From the NCBI GenBank assembly GCA_043755535.1, contig JAYUSS010000044.1, forward strand, positions 1 through 57,874: 57,874 nucleotides of DNA, in the 5' to 3' direction. The notes beneath the pieces are model-generated. The model had not been told where the DNA came from. It saw nothing but the letters and a program-made list of their open reading frames with translations, and made no database searches. Within the stretch, counting starts at the first letter, position 1. The number at the start of each line of letters is the position of its first letter. The stretch is from Candidatus Peregrinibacteria bacterium. Its GTDB lineage: Bacteria; Patescibacteriota; Gracilibacteria; Peribacterales; Peribacteraceae. The translations under genes and the position numbers were made by a program. Positions 9,429-18,822 of this stretch are shown here, one piece after another.

Positions 9429-10652
9429 ATGCGTCGTTTCGGCTTTGCTCTCATTGAAATGATTCTGGTTATCGGAATCATGGGGGTTGTCGGCGGCATG
9501 GCTATCCCTCTCTATCGCGATTATCAGATTCGAAATGACTTGAATCTCGCGACCGAGCAGGTCACGCAGGGTCTTGCCCGTGCACGTCTACTCGCGCAAT
9601 CCGGTCAGGACGATTCAGGGTGGGGGTTCTACGTTCCCGCAGGCGTGCTCTACAAGGGTGACAGTTATATTGGTCGAGATTCCTCCTACGATGAAACGTA
9701 TCCGATGCCGTCAACCATCATGGCGGCCGGTCTTTCTGAAGTGTCCTATGCGCGTCTTGCGGGTACGCCAAGCGGCACAGGCTCTATCACCCTGATTGCT
9801 CTTAACCGCGAGGAGCGCACGATTTATATCGTCGTGGGAGCCGAGTCCATTGCCATCGTCCATGAAAACGATTTGACGATTTGTCACCAGACAGGACAGG
9901 GCTATCACACGCTGACCATGAACGAAGCTGCGTGGCCTGCACATCAGGCTCATGGTGATACGCTTGGTGCATGTCCCGTAACTTCTTCTTTTGCCTCCTC
10001 CGCTATTTCCAGTGTCGCCGCAAGTAGCGCAGTGTCATCGGCTGTTTCCAGCGCAGGAGCCAGCGCAACATGCCAGGATCGCTTCAGCATCGCCGCTGAT
10101 GGCACAATCACAACGACCGGTCCGCTCAGTATCCGGTTCGATTCGCTGGGTGCGAAATTCGGCTACGGTAACGGCAGCACTGCTGTGCCGGTGCAGGTGG
10201 CCTACAAAAAGAAAACGAGTGGCAACTCCTACACGAACTTGTTTAGCGGCAACGCGATCAACGGCAACGGAGGTGCAACGCAGACCGTATCCGGTTTCAA
10301 GAGCGGCGATAACGTAATCGTGCGATTCTGGGCACAGTACAGCCAGAAGGGCTGGTTGTCCTACGATCGAAAAATAGTGTCGAACGATGGTTCGAATGCG
10401 GTGCTTGTGTTGCGTAACGGCGATACGCCTCCCGTGATCTTGGGCTCTAACGGTCAGACGAGTATTTCCACGTTACTTGCTCCTATTGTGTCGAATGGAG
10501 TGATCAGTATCGGGACCTACGACCTTGTGCTCATTGGCGACTTCAACCGGCCGGATTGCAACTCCTGCAGTAATTATTACTGTAGCAACTGTACGGGTGT
10601 CGACTATCAGGACGGAGTGGTGTTGGTAAAATTCTTAACACCGTCGTGTTAG
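9429..10652 (+). CDS. large pseudopilin (prepilin-type N-terminal domain, Ser/Ala linker, Cys-rich C-terminus)
   Basis: MRRFG/FALIEMILVIGIMGVVGG cleavage-methylation motif; SSFASSAISSVAASSAVSSAVSS linker; CNSCSNYYCSNCTG near the end. Confidence 0.8.
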   Translation: MRRFGFALIEMILVIGIMGVVGGMAIPLYRDYQIRNDLNLATEQVTQGLARARLLAQSGQDDSGWGFYVPAGVLYKGDSYIGRDSSYDETYPMPSTIMAAGLSEVSYARLAGTPSGTGSITLIALNREERTIYIVVGAESIAIVHENDLTICHQTGQGYHTLTMNEAAWPAHQAHGDTLGACPVTSSFASSAISSVAASSAVSSAVSSAGASATCQDRFSIAADGTITTTGPLSIRFDSLGAKFGYGNGSTAVPVQVAYKKKTSGNSYTNLFSGNAINGNGGATQTVSGFKSGDNVIVRFWAQYSQKGWLSYDRKIVSNDGSNAVLVLRNGDTPPVILGSNGQTSISTLLAPIVSNGVISIGTYDLVLIGDFNRPDCNSCSNYYCSNCTGVDYQDGVVLVKFLTPSC

Positions 10653-10720
10653 CTTCTTAGCTTCTCAGCTGCATAGCTTCTTAGTTACACCCGCCTGAGA
10701 AGCTAAGCAGCTATGCAGCT
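10651..10720. repeat. word-repeat inverted element (TAGCTTCT words)
   Basis: TAGCTTCTTAGCTTCTCAGCTGCATAGCTTCTTAG ... CTGAGAAGCTAAGCAGCTATGCAGCT. The complementary blocks are in non-nested order. Confidence 0.75.
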
Positions 10721-10759
10721 CGTGAAAATTTCGTATGTTGGCTTGGCCTCGATAAACGT

Positions 10760-12235
10760 ATGCTATCCACAATGCAGCACAGAGTTCGTCATCCCCGTCC
10801 CGGCTTTCTCCTTCTGGAAGTGATGGTGGGTATCTGCATTTTTGCGATATTCGTGACAGCGATCGGACTCACGATGCTTTACGGACAGGAGGGAACCATC
10901 ATGGCGGGCGATCGTATCCGGGCCACGTATCTGGTACAGGAAACATTCGAAGTCGCGCGCGCGGTGCGTGACGGATCATTTGCGGCACTCACATCAGGTC
11001 CTCACGGCTGGAGAGTGACGTCGGGTGGCCTCTGGGCTTTTACCGGATCGCAGTTAGTGTCCACAGGGTCCTACACAAGTACACTCACTATTTCGTCACG
11101 TGGCTCCGATTGGGTGGCACTGAGCGTCCGTACCGCGTGGAAGCACGGCTATAATCGTTCCGGTGCGATTATTCTTACAAGTGAACTGACAGACTGGAGA
11201 ACGACACGATCGGTCGGAAACTGGTCCAGCTTAACAGTGGACGGAACAGTGACACCGGGTGGTTCGCCGACATTCGTCGATCTTGCTCTCTACTCCGGCT
11301 CGTACGTGTTTGCCGCAAGCCAGGACTCGACTGGTTTGTATGTGTTTGATACCACCACCACGACTGCTCCCTCGCGTATCAATAGCTCCTTCTCCCTCGG
11401 GTATTCTGCGTGGGACGTTGCTCTGCGTGGGACAGTCCTGTTTGTCGCTACAGATGATCCTTCGCAGGAAATCCGCGCATATCGCATTTCGAGTCCGTCA
11501 TCGTTTTCATCGGCGCAGCTGCTTGGCTCCTATAACATTCCAGGTTCGGCACGCGTTCGCTCCCTCGCACTCAATGGCAGCACGCTGTTTGCAGGAGCGA
11601 CCGCCAGCTCTACTTCCGGTGAAGCAGAGTTCTATGCCCTGCGTGTGACATCCGGTGGCACGATCAGCTTACTTGGATCTCTCGATGATAACTCGAGTAC
11701 AGTGGAGATGATCGCGCTTTCGGGGACGGCTGCGTACTTAGCCAGTTCCATGGACACGGGCGAACTGCGTGTGGTGAACGTCGAGAGCGGATCCAATCTC
11801 TCGCTCATCGGCACGTACAACCTCTCCGATCGCACGCTCGATGCCTTTGCCATCGCGACGAGCGGAACAGCCGCCATTATCGGCACGCAAAAAGGAACGA
11901 GCATCCAGGAGGTGGTTATGTTTCACACGGGGACCGGTGGGTCGCCTTCCACGACCGATGGCCCGTGGTATCACGAAGGCAGCGGCTCCATTGTCGGTAT
12001 CGATACCGATCCGTCGGGTTGTTTTGGATTCCTCGCAGCCTTGTCCGGCCAGAAAGCGTTACAGGTCTTTCATATGCGCGACACATCCGCACTCACGGAA
12101 CTGGCGACCTACACATCGACGAGCGGACTGGGTCGCTCCGTGCTCTATGACATGCGCCGTGACCGCCTGATCCTCGCAACCGATCAATCACTGATTATTT
12201 TCCGCCCCGGAGTTTCTACCGGAACCTGTCCATGA
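10760..12235 (+). CDS. large pseudopilin with beta-propeller-like (LVIVD-type) repeats
   Basis: RPG/FLLLEVMVGICIFAIFV prepilin motif. C-terminal recurring units YVFAASQDSTGLYVFD, VLFVATDDPSQEIRAYR, AAYLASSMDTGELRVVN, RLILATDQSLIIFRP. Confidence 0.8.
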   Translation: MLSTMQHRVRHPRPGFLLLEVMVGICIFAIFVTAIGLTMLYGQEGTIMAGDRIRATYLVQETFEVARAVRDGSFAALTSGPHGWRVTSGGLWAFTGSQLVSTGSYTSTLTISSRGSDWVALSVRTAWKHGYNRSGAIILTSELTDWRTTRSVGNWSSLTVDGTVTPGGSPTFVDLALYSGSYVFAASQDSTGLYVFDTTTTTAPSRINSSFSLGYSAWDVALRGTVLFVATDDPSQEIRAYRISSPSSFSSAQLLGSYNIPGSARVRSLALNGSTLFAGATASSTSGEAEFYALRVTSGGTISLLGSLDDNSSTVEMIALSGTAAYLASSMDTGELRVVNVESGSNLSLIGTYNLSDRTLDAFAIATSGTAAIIGTQKGTSIQEVVMFHTGTGGSPSTTDGPWYHEGSGSIVGIDTDPSGCFGFLAALSGQKALQVFHMRDTSALTELATYTSTSGLGRSVLYDMRRDRLILATDQSLIIFRPGVSTGTCP

Positions 12236-12660
12236 TGCACTCTCTTCATCATCGGCATATGCGCGAGGGGTATGTATTTCTCGTTACCATTCTCATGGTG
12301 GGGAGCATTGCGACGGCTACGGCCGTTTCCCTGATGTTACTTTCGTGGGCTGCAGAGCAAAACGGGTTTTTAGTGCAGCGATCAACCCAAGCGTACGAGT
12401 ATGCCAATACATGTGCCGAGAGGGCGCTTCGTAAACTTCGTATCGACCCCGCTTACGCCGGGGAAGAAACATTTTCGTTTGCGACAGGGAGTTGCAGTAT
12501 TCTTCGCATCGGTGGTGCGGGGAATGAACGTCGGACACTCTGCACATCCGGAGAGGTGGATGATATCAGTCGCCGCTTACAGGTGAATATCGATCGCTTA
12601 TATCCCTCGGTACGCATCAATTCGTGGGCCGAGGTGCTTTCCTCCAATGCATGCCAGTGA
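12232..12660 (+). CDS. PilX-like minor pilin / pseudopilin
   Basis: ATGA overlap with the upstream gene; N-terminal hydrophobic helix GYVFLVTILMVGSIATATAVSLMLL. Confidence 0.65.
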   Translation: MMHSLHHRHMREGYVFLVTILMVGSIATATAVSLMLLSWAAEQNGFLVQRSTQAYEYANTCAERALRKLRIDPAYAGEETFSFATGSCSILRIGGAGNERRTLCTSGEVDDISRRLQVNIDRLYPSVRINSWAEVLSSNACQ

Positions 12661-13289
12661 GTAACAAGCATCTTCATGCCGGCGTATCGTTGATCGAACT
12701 GATGATCTTTCTAGGAGTGTTTGCTATGGTTATTTCTGTTGCACTCCCGCTCTTTTTTTCGGCAACGGAAAACAGGCTCTTGCAGCAGACAATATCCGTC
12801 GTGGAACAAAACGGAACGCAGATGCTCCAGAACACATCCATACACGTGCATGCATCGGAGCGCATTATCTCCCCCGCAGCCGGTCAGACGGGGTCGGTGC
12901 TGGTGCTGCAAACCGGGAATGTCTCCACCGATCCAACGATCATCGGCATCAGCAGCGGATCACTCGTCATCATCAAACATGCGACGAAAGAACCTGTCAG
13001 CAGTCCTCAGGTTGCGATTACGAATCTTGTGTTCAGGAACACGTCGACATCCACTACACGACAGAGTGTGAAAATGTCCTTCGATCTTTCGCGTACCATT
13101 CGCCTGCAGATGCCGCACAGTTATGCGCGACTGTTCGAAACAACATTTTCACTTTTGCCCGATGACGTGACTCATGGCAACTCCTGTAGCTGTCTTGCTC
13201 CCACCTGCGCAGCGGGAGATCAGTATACGTGGAGAGTCTGCGAAAATTCGCTCTGCTACACAGCTACGACGGATCTGGAATGCCCGTAA
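12651..13289 (+). CDS. pseudopilin (prepilin-type N-terminal domain)
   Basis: HAG/VSLIELMIFLGVFAMVISVALPLF; start taken at ATG 12651, overlapping the previous gene by 10 nt. Confidence 0.75.
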   Translation: MPVSNKHLHAGVSLIELMIFLGVFAMVISVALPLFFSATENRLLQQTISVVEQNGTQMLQNTSIHVHASERIISPAAGQTGSVLVLQTGNVSTDPTIIGISSGSLVIIKHATKEPVSSPQVAITNLVFRNTSTSTTRQSVKMSFDLSRTIRLQMPHSYARLFETTFSLLPDDVTHGNSCSCLAPTCAAGDQYTWRVCENSLCYTATTDLECP

Positions 13290-13290
13290 G

Positions 13291-13380
13291 AAATTGAAAA
13301 TTGATAATGGATAATTGAAAATAAAAAACATTCTTCACTCGAGAAGTAATTATCAATTTTCAATTATCCATTATCAATTC
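13291..13380. repeat. word-repeat hairpin (AATTGATAAT/AATTGAAAAT words)
   Basis: AATTGAAAATTGATAATGGATAATTGAAAAT ... ATTATCAATTTTCAATTATCCATTATCAATTC. Confidence 0.8.
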
Positions 13381-13455
13381 GACAAGAGCCGCATCTCGAA
13401 GCCGTACTGTTTCCTTTTCGCGTCAAGCGAAAACGCCAGCCAAACGCGTTTGTCT

Positions 13456-13464
13456 TGTTATAAT
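13456..13464 (+). promoter_or_regulatory. extended -10 promoter (TGtTATAAT) of the major pilin gene
   Basis: TGTTATAAT lies about 60 nt upstream of ATG 13527; the 5' UTR contains hairpin GTGGAA-TTTTTG-TTCCAC. Confidence 0.45.
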
Positions 13465-13526
13465 AACCGCCGCCGTGTGGAATTTTTGTTCCACCGATCC
13501 CTTCATTTCTTTTCCTTTCTCCTCCC

Positions 13527-13967
13527 ATGGACATGTCTACAACTCAGAGGCGACAGGGGTTCACGCTCATTGAACTTCTGCTCGTCATCGGCATCATTGC
13601 CATTCTTGCCTCGATCGTGATCGTCGCGATCAACCCGACCAAGCAGCTTGGTGACGCTCGCAACGCGCAGCGACGCAGCGACGTCAACACCATCCTGAAC
13701 GCGGTGTACCAGTACGCGATCGATAACAACGGAACGATCCCGACCGGCATCACCACGACTGCGGATGAAGTCTGTCGCACTGGTGGCACAACCACGGGTT
13801 GTGTGAACCTCAGCGCCCTGACAGGTTCGTATCTCGTAAGCCTGCCGAACGATCCTCAGGCTACAAGCAGTGATACAGGTTATAGTGTTGTCCGCGATAC
13901 CAATGGTCGCATCACGGTCGTGGCTCCTTTGGCCGAGAACAGCGATACAATCAGCGTTACGAGATAA
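13527..13967 (+). CDS. pilA: type IV major pilin
   Basis: RRQG/FTLIELLLVIGIIAILASIVIVAINP; own promoter and strong terminator. Confidence 0.9.
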   Translation: MDMSTTQRRQGFTLIELLLVIGIIAILASIVIVAINPTKQLGDARNAQRRSDVNTILNAVYQYAIDNNGTIPTGITTTADEVCRTGGTTTGCVNLSALTGSYLVSLPNDPQATSSDTGYSVVRDTNGRITVVAPLAENSDTISVTR

Positions 13968-13991
13968 TCAGTTTTCCATTCGCGAAACATA

Positions 13992-14024
13992 CAACCCTGC
14001 ACGCACGTGCGGGGTTGTTTTGTA
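13992..14024 (+). terminator. intrinsic terminator after pilin 1
   Basis: CAACCCTGCACG/CGTGCGGGGTTG stem followed by TTTTGTATTT. Confidence 0.75.
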
Positions 14025-14049
14025 TTTCGATCTTGTTGCATCTTCGTAA

Positions 14050-14505
14050 ATGGGTAAAGTAGTCGACATGCATCACAAACACCGGGGATTTACCTTGATC
14101 GAATTACTACTCGTCATCGGGCTCATCGCGATTCTCTCGACGGTGGTTATTGCATCCCTCAGTCCCACGCGTCAGCTGGGGTCGAGCCGCGATGCTAAAC
14201 GTCGCGCCGATGTGAACACCATCCTGAACGCGGTGTATCAATATGCGATCGATCATCAGGGAATTTTGCCTTCGGCGATTCCGACCGGTGTATCTAGGCA
14301 GATCTGTAAGCTTACTGCCGCAGATTGTGACGAAGTCGACCTTGATGCACTCAGCGGAACGTACCTCGTCACTATCCCGATCGATCCGCAGGCATCCGAT
14401 ACCGGGACCGGCACGTCGTACTTCATACGCCATGACAGTAACGGCCGCTTGACGGTCTCAGCGCCCTTGGTAGAGGAGTCGGATTCGATCAGTATCACAC
14501 GGTGA
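14050..14505 (+). CDS. type IV pilin paralog
   Basis: HRG/FTLIELLLVIGLIAILSTVVIASLSP; RRADVNTILNAVYQYAIDHQG is nearly identical to pilin 1. Alternative start ATG 14068. Confidence 0.9.
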   Translation: MGKVVDMHHKHRGFTLIELLLVIGLIAILSTVVIASLSPTRQLGSSRDAKRRADVNTILNAVYQYAIDHQGILPSAIPTGVSRQICKLTAADCDEVDLDALSGTYLVTIPIDPQASDTGTGTSYFIRHDSNGRLTVSAPLVEESDSISITR

Positions 14506-14605
14506 CGAGAGGATGGAGAGGACATGTATTCTCCCTATTATTGCCCTTTTGCCCTTATATATCATTTCAGACCATTTTATGCTATAATAATGAGAAATTC
14601 GCATC

Positions 14606-16873
14606 ATGTCTGTATCTCGGCATCCCACCCTCCGGCCCACGGTTCTACGCTCCTCGATTCTCGGGCGGCTGGTCATGCAGGCGATGCTTCTTACGGGATT
14701 CATCGTGATTTTGCTGACAACACTTTCGTTCCTCGTCACGCGGTCGATGCTGGAACAGATCATTCTTTCGCAACTCTCGTCCATCGCGTCGGTGTCCGAA
14801 GACGCGATCGAGCAGACGCTGCAATCGCACCGTGAACGGGCTGCGCTGCTGTCGGCGCATACCGATATCCGTCAGATATTGCGCAGTGCCGCACCGCGCG
14901 GGACACTCGAGCGGCTGTTTCTGCAGGTACGTCGCGATGAACCGTCGCTTTCCGGTATAGAAATCTATAACGCAGATGGTCGTTTGCTTGACAATGTCGG
15001 CGAGGGTGCCGGCTTGCCCGATGATGCGCGGACAACACCGCAGTATCGCAGCGTCACGGACAGTACAGGCTGGCGATGGTACGACGTGCGTACGCCCGTC
15101 TGGGGATCGCAGTCCGGCAAAATCGGGTATCTGACTCTGCGGTATGATGCACGCCCCATCTTGGATCGGTTCATCGCGGTCGCCCCGTCCCTCGGGTCCG
15201 GTTCGCAGGTACTACTTGCCCGTACCGGCAGCGGCGAACTGCAACTGTTTCATCTTTCCGATAGAACGGATGCGTCGTACATCCTTTCTCTGGGTCCCGT
15301 CACGCGTGCGAACGCCGCGGTGATGCCATGGATTTCATCTGTCACAGGCGGAGAAGGTGTCGTACGCTCGAGTGATGAGAAAGGAGCGGACATGTTGGTC
15401 GCCTATCGTTATCTACCGACACTCGGCTGGGGCATGGCGCTATTAATCGACCGCCATACCGCACTTGCAGGAGTGCGCACTCTCGCCTTCACGCATGCCG
15501 CTATCGGCACATTGCTCCTTTTGCTTGCTGCCATACTCGCGTGGCTTCTTGCCCGCCAGCTCACACAACCTCTGCGCAGTCTCACCGAGCGCGTCCAACG
15601 TCTCCGGCCCGGAGCATGGGCCATGCACAGGTTCATTCATACCGGAGACGAAGTCGAAGTGCTCGAATCGGTTATAGTCGATATGGCTGGTCGCCTGCAG
15701 AAGCTGTATCGCTCGCAGGAAGCAGAAATACATCTTCGTACCGAGGAATTGCGCCGCCAGTACGCGCTCGACCGAACCATTCTCGATAACATCGGGTATG
15801 GCGTGCTCACGGTCGATCACAAAGGACACATCGTCGGCATCAATCCGGCGGGTCTGATGCTTCTTGGAGAAAGGAGTGATCGCATTGCGGGGAAACCGGT
15901 GCAGGGAATTTTGCGTATTTGCGGCCATCGCGGCGAAGCATTGAAAAGCATGCATCCCCTCTTGCAATGTATGAAGACGGGCAAGATGCAAAAGACGCCG
16001 CTGACCGCCCACTTTAACATCCGCCTCCGTGACGACACGCTCCTACCGATTCTCTACACCGTGAGTCCGTTCGGTACCGGCAACAAAATTGCGGGCGCCG
16101 TCATGGTGTTTCAGGATGTCACCGAAGAGCGCAAAGTCGATTACCTGAAAACAGAATTTATCTCGTTGGCCAGTCATCAGTTGCGTACGCCGCTCTCTGC
16201 GCTTCGTTGGTATGTCGAACTGATGGGAGAACATCGCGCACATCTCGACGACGATCAGCGGGGGTATCTGCGCGAAATGGAAAAATCCGTCGCACGGATG
16301 GTGCGCTTGCTTACCTCACTGCTTCACGCCTCTCGTTCGGAAAGTCAGAAGCTGCAGCCGTCGTTTATTATGACCGATCTGCGCACAGTGCTGCAGGAAC
16401 AGGCCGATGATACATTGCCGCTCTTGCAGGAAGCAGCCCTTACGTGTTCGCTTTCGCTTCCGAAGCGCGCGGTCACGGTGCGCACCGACCCCACACTGCT
16501 GCGCATCATCATGCAGAATCTGCTGTATAACGCCATCAAGTATTCCCGCGATGCCCATAAACCTATCGTCATTGCGCTGGCCGAACGATCGTCGGATGTC
16601 ACGATTTCCGTCAGTGACCAAGGAGTCGGTATTCCCGCAGCCGAACAACCGCGCATCTTCCAGAAATTCTTCCGCGCCAAAAACGTCCGCAAACTCGACA
16701 CCGACGGCAACGGCCTCGGGCTCTACATCACCAAATCCATCGTCGAACGCTTGGGCGGCACGATCGGTTTCCAATCTGCAGAAGGAAAGGGAACGACGTT
16801 TACGGTGACGTTGCCGAAGGGGAACCCCACTTCGTCCCGTAAGGCGGGACTACGAGGGGCAAGGAAGAAGTGA
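14606..16873 (+). CDS. sensor histidine kinase (2 TM, periplasmic sensor, HAMP, PAS, HisKA, HATPase_c)
   Basis: H-box FISLASHQLRTPLSAL, N-box LLYNAIKYS, G-boxes DQGVGIP and GNGLGLYITKSIVERLGG. Confidence 0.92.
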   Translation: MSVSRHPTLRPTVLRSSILGRLVMQAMLLTGFIVILLTTLSFLVTRSMLEQIILSQLSSIASVSEDAIEQTLQSHRERAALLSAHTDIRQILRSAAPRGTLERLFLQVRRDEPSLSGIEIYNADGRLLDNVGEGAGLPDDARTTPQYRSVTDSTGWRWYDVRTPVWGSQSGKIGYLTLRYDARPILDRFIAVAPSLGSGSQVLLARTGSGELQLFHLSDRTDASYILSLGPVTRANAAVMPWISSVTGGEGVVRSSDEKGADMLVAYRYLPTLGWGMALLIDRHTALAGVRTLAFTHAAIGTLLLLLAAILAWLLARQLTQPLRSLTERVQRLRPGAWAMHRFIHTGDEVEVLESVIVDMAGRLQKLYRSQEAEIHLRTEELRRQYALDRTILDNIGYGVLTVDHKGHIVGINPAGLMLLGERSDRIAGKPVQGILRICGHRGEALKSMHPLLQCMKTGKMQKTPLTAHFNIRLRDDTLLPILYTVSPFGTGNKIAGAVMVFQDVTEERKVDYLKTEFISLASHQLRTPLSALRWYVELMGEHRAHLDDDQRGYLREMEKSVARMVRLLTSLLHASRSESQKLQPSFIMTDLRTVLQEQADDTLPLLQEAALTCSLSLPKRAVTVRTDPTLLRIIMQNLLYNAIKYSRDAHKPIVIALAERSSDVTISVSDQGVGIPAAEQPRIFQKFFRAKNVRKLDTDGNGLGLYITKSIVERLGGTIGFQSAEGKGTTFTVTLPKGNPTSSRKAGLRGARKK

Positions 16874-16921
16874 GTATGGAGCGGGTTACTGGAGCTTATG
16901 AGGAACTGACCTTTCCTTCTT

Positions 16922-17635
16922 TCAGGATAATTTTTTACGCTCTTCATCAATTGCTAATCTCTCCCACATCGTCATATCGGGATGTGGTATTTGCCCCATA
17001 GATTGAGCCAGTCCGCGTTCCAGTATCATCATGGCATAGCAGAGTTTTATGCCTTCAGCCCCCGCAGACGGTGCGAGTAAGTCATGTGACCAAATCATCA
17101 TACTCTGTAAATCACCGCGCAAAGCAGGGAGAACTTCTTTCATATTGCGATTTCGCGGTGGAAAAAATTCTTTTGGCACTTCGCCCATGCCCGTTTTCGT
17201 CCATAACTTTCTAACTTCTTCAAACCCTGCTTTTTCCAGTTCGGGAAACTGCCTCTTTCCCATTTCCATGAAAATTTTCTCAGCTTCTTGAGGAGTGGGT
17301 ACCTCGTCAAAAACCATATTTTCTTGTTCTGCAGGACTGATATTTACATAGTTAAGACAAAGGCGCATCAGGTCTTCATAGTTACCCTTATCTGCATTAT
17401 TCAAAGCTCGCCTGTAAGCAAGTGCGTATCGACCTTCCACATTTTGACTATCATCAACTTCAAGATACCCACTTTTTGCTTCTTGGAAGAGTTGCGTTGC
17501 CTGACCTTCCAATCCCTTAATCCATTTTCCGTACGGTGTTTGTTTTGCAAACACCTTTTTACTTTCTGCCGTAAAAATATACGGTTTCAGCGTTTCGTTT
17601 CCATGATCTGGAGTGGATGTTTTTTCAGGTGGCAT
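16922..17635 (-). CDS. hypothetical protein (237 aa), element cargo
   Basis: Long ORF in the AT-rich block, divergent from the 17747 ORF; no recognised motif. Confidence 0.55.
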   Translation of the reverse strand: MPPEKTSTPDHGNETLKPYIFTAESKKVFAKQTPYGKWIKGLEGQATQLFQEAKSGYLEVDDSQNVEGRYALAYRRALNNADKGNYEDLMRLCLNYVNISPAEQENMVFDEVPTPQEAEKIFMEMGKRQFPELEKAGFEEVRKLWTKTGMGEVPKEFFPPRNRNMKEVLPALRGDLQSMMIWSHDLLAPSAGAEGIKLCYAMMILERGLAQSMGQIPHPDMTMWERLAIDEERKKLS

Positions 17636-17746
17636 AATATTTATATTATAGCATTTTTTTGTAAATTAATCAATGTACCCACCCGCAAATTCCTACCAAA
17701 CATAGAGTTGCGCTATACGTCAAAACCGCGTATCGTCACCTATTCC

Positions 17747-18547
17747 ATGGAAGAACCAATCAAAAAACGGCTTGTGGATGAGCTTTTGAAACACATACCA
17801 GAGATGCCTATGGAAATGGGCGTGTCATTTGATCAGGCCAATGCAGTGGTACTTCTCAAAAGATACGAGACGCTTACGCAGTCGCAAAAGAATGCCATCA
17901 TGGGGTTCCTTGCCAATCTGTACGTATCTGGAGCTTACAAAAAAGATGAATTTCTCGATCCCTACTTATTCGGGGAGTTCACTGACTTTCCATACGAGCA
18001 GACGAAAGAACTCCGTGATTATGCTATCGGGTATCTTGAGATCGGCGGCTTGATCGAGCGCAAAGATAACCATATTCATATCATTTCAGCCGAGGCATTA
18101 CGCATCTTTGCGGGAATGTTGATTGCTCTGATAATTGGTGAGAAATACTTTGAGAAACAGTCCATTGATTCGGAGAAATTTCCTCGTCGTTTGCGTCTGC
18201 AAGAACACGGTATGGGCTACAAATTGTTTGAGGTTAATAACGGCATCGAAACTCTTCTCTGTAAAATCCAGTCCAAAGGTGCACGTCGGGCTTTCTTCGA
18301 TGTGTGCTGGAAACATGCAGGAACGTGTATCCCGTTTGATCTATTCCATGACGAGCTTCCGTTAAATGAGCATCAGAAATTCAAGCCATCAGAGTATCTT
18401 CAGAAGTTTCGTTTGCAAGAGGGGGATCGACTATACCGCTACGCCTACGCTCATCCCGAAGAAGGATATGTGTACTTTCAAAAGCACTATGCTCCTGATC
18501 TGTTGATCAATTTGGTACCGAACTGGTACCGAAATCAGCAAACGTGA
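17747..18547 (+). CDS. hypothetical protein (266 aa), element cargo
   Basis: Start set at ATG 17747 (MEEPIKKRL) because the longer ORF runs antisense through 16922-17635. Confidence 0.55.
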   Translation: MEEPIKKRLVDELLKHIPEMPMEMGVSFDQANAVVLLKRYETLTQSQKNAIMGFLANLYVSGAYKKDEFLDPYLFGEFTDFPYEQTKELRDYAIGYLEIGGLIERKDNHIHIISAEALRIFAGMLIALIIGEKYFEKQSIDSEKFPRRLRLQEHGMGYKLFEVNNGIETLLCKIQSKGARRAFFDVCWKHAGTCIPFDLFHDELPLNEHQKFKPSEYLQKFRLQEGDRLYRYAYAHPEEGYVYFQKHYAPDLLINLVPNWYRNQQT

Positions 18548-18579
18548 GCGTCTTTTAGAAAAGGCCGTAAAACGGGGGC

Positions 18580-18822
18580 GTGTTCGTCGTCCCTTCAGTT
18601 TCGGCCATCCAAGACTTCCAAGTGCTCTATGAGAAGCACTATGGGGTAGTGCTTGCCGAGCCCGAGGCAGAAGTGAAACTCAACGCCCTTCTGGGATTGC
18701 TCTCTGTCGCGCGCGAATGCGCTGATGCTTGTGGCGAAGCGCACGAGCGCGGTGAGTATCCTGAAGGCTTTTTGTCCGTTTCTGGTCTAGGTGAAGTAAC
18801 ACCTAGACCACCTTTGTCATGA
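18580..18822 (+). CDS. small hypothetical protein
   Basis: GTG-start ORF whose stop overlaps the next start (ATGA at 18819). Confidence 0.4.
   Translation: MFVVPSVSAIQDFQVLYEKHYGVVLAEPEAEVKLNALLGLLSVARECADACGEAHERGEYPEGFLSVSGLGEVTPRPPLS

Noticed and set aside
9429-13289. A diversity-generating retroelement targeting the large pseudopilins or the SLH proteins.
   Set aside because: No reverse-transcriptase ORF (no YxDD motif) is present anywhere in the window, and I saw no template/variable repeat pair.
17288-17746. N-terminal 153 codons of the 419-aa ORF 17288-18547.
   Set aside because: This part is antisense to the 16922-17635 ORF and crosses the divergent promoter region. I trimmed the start to ATG 17747.
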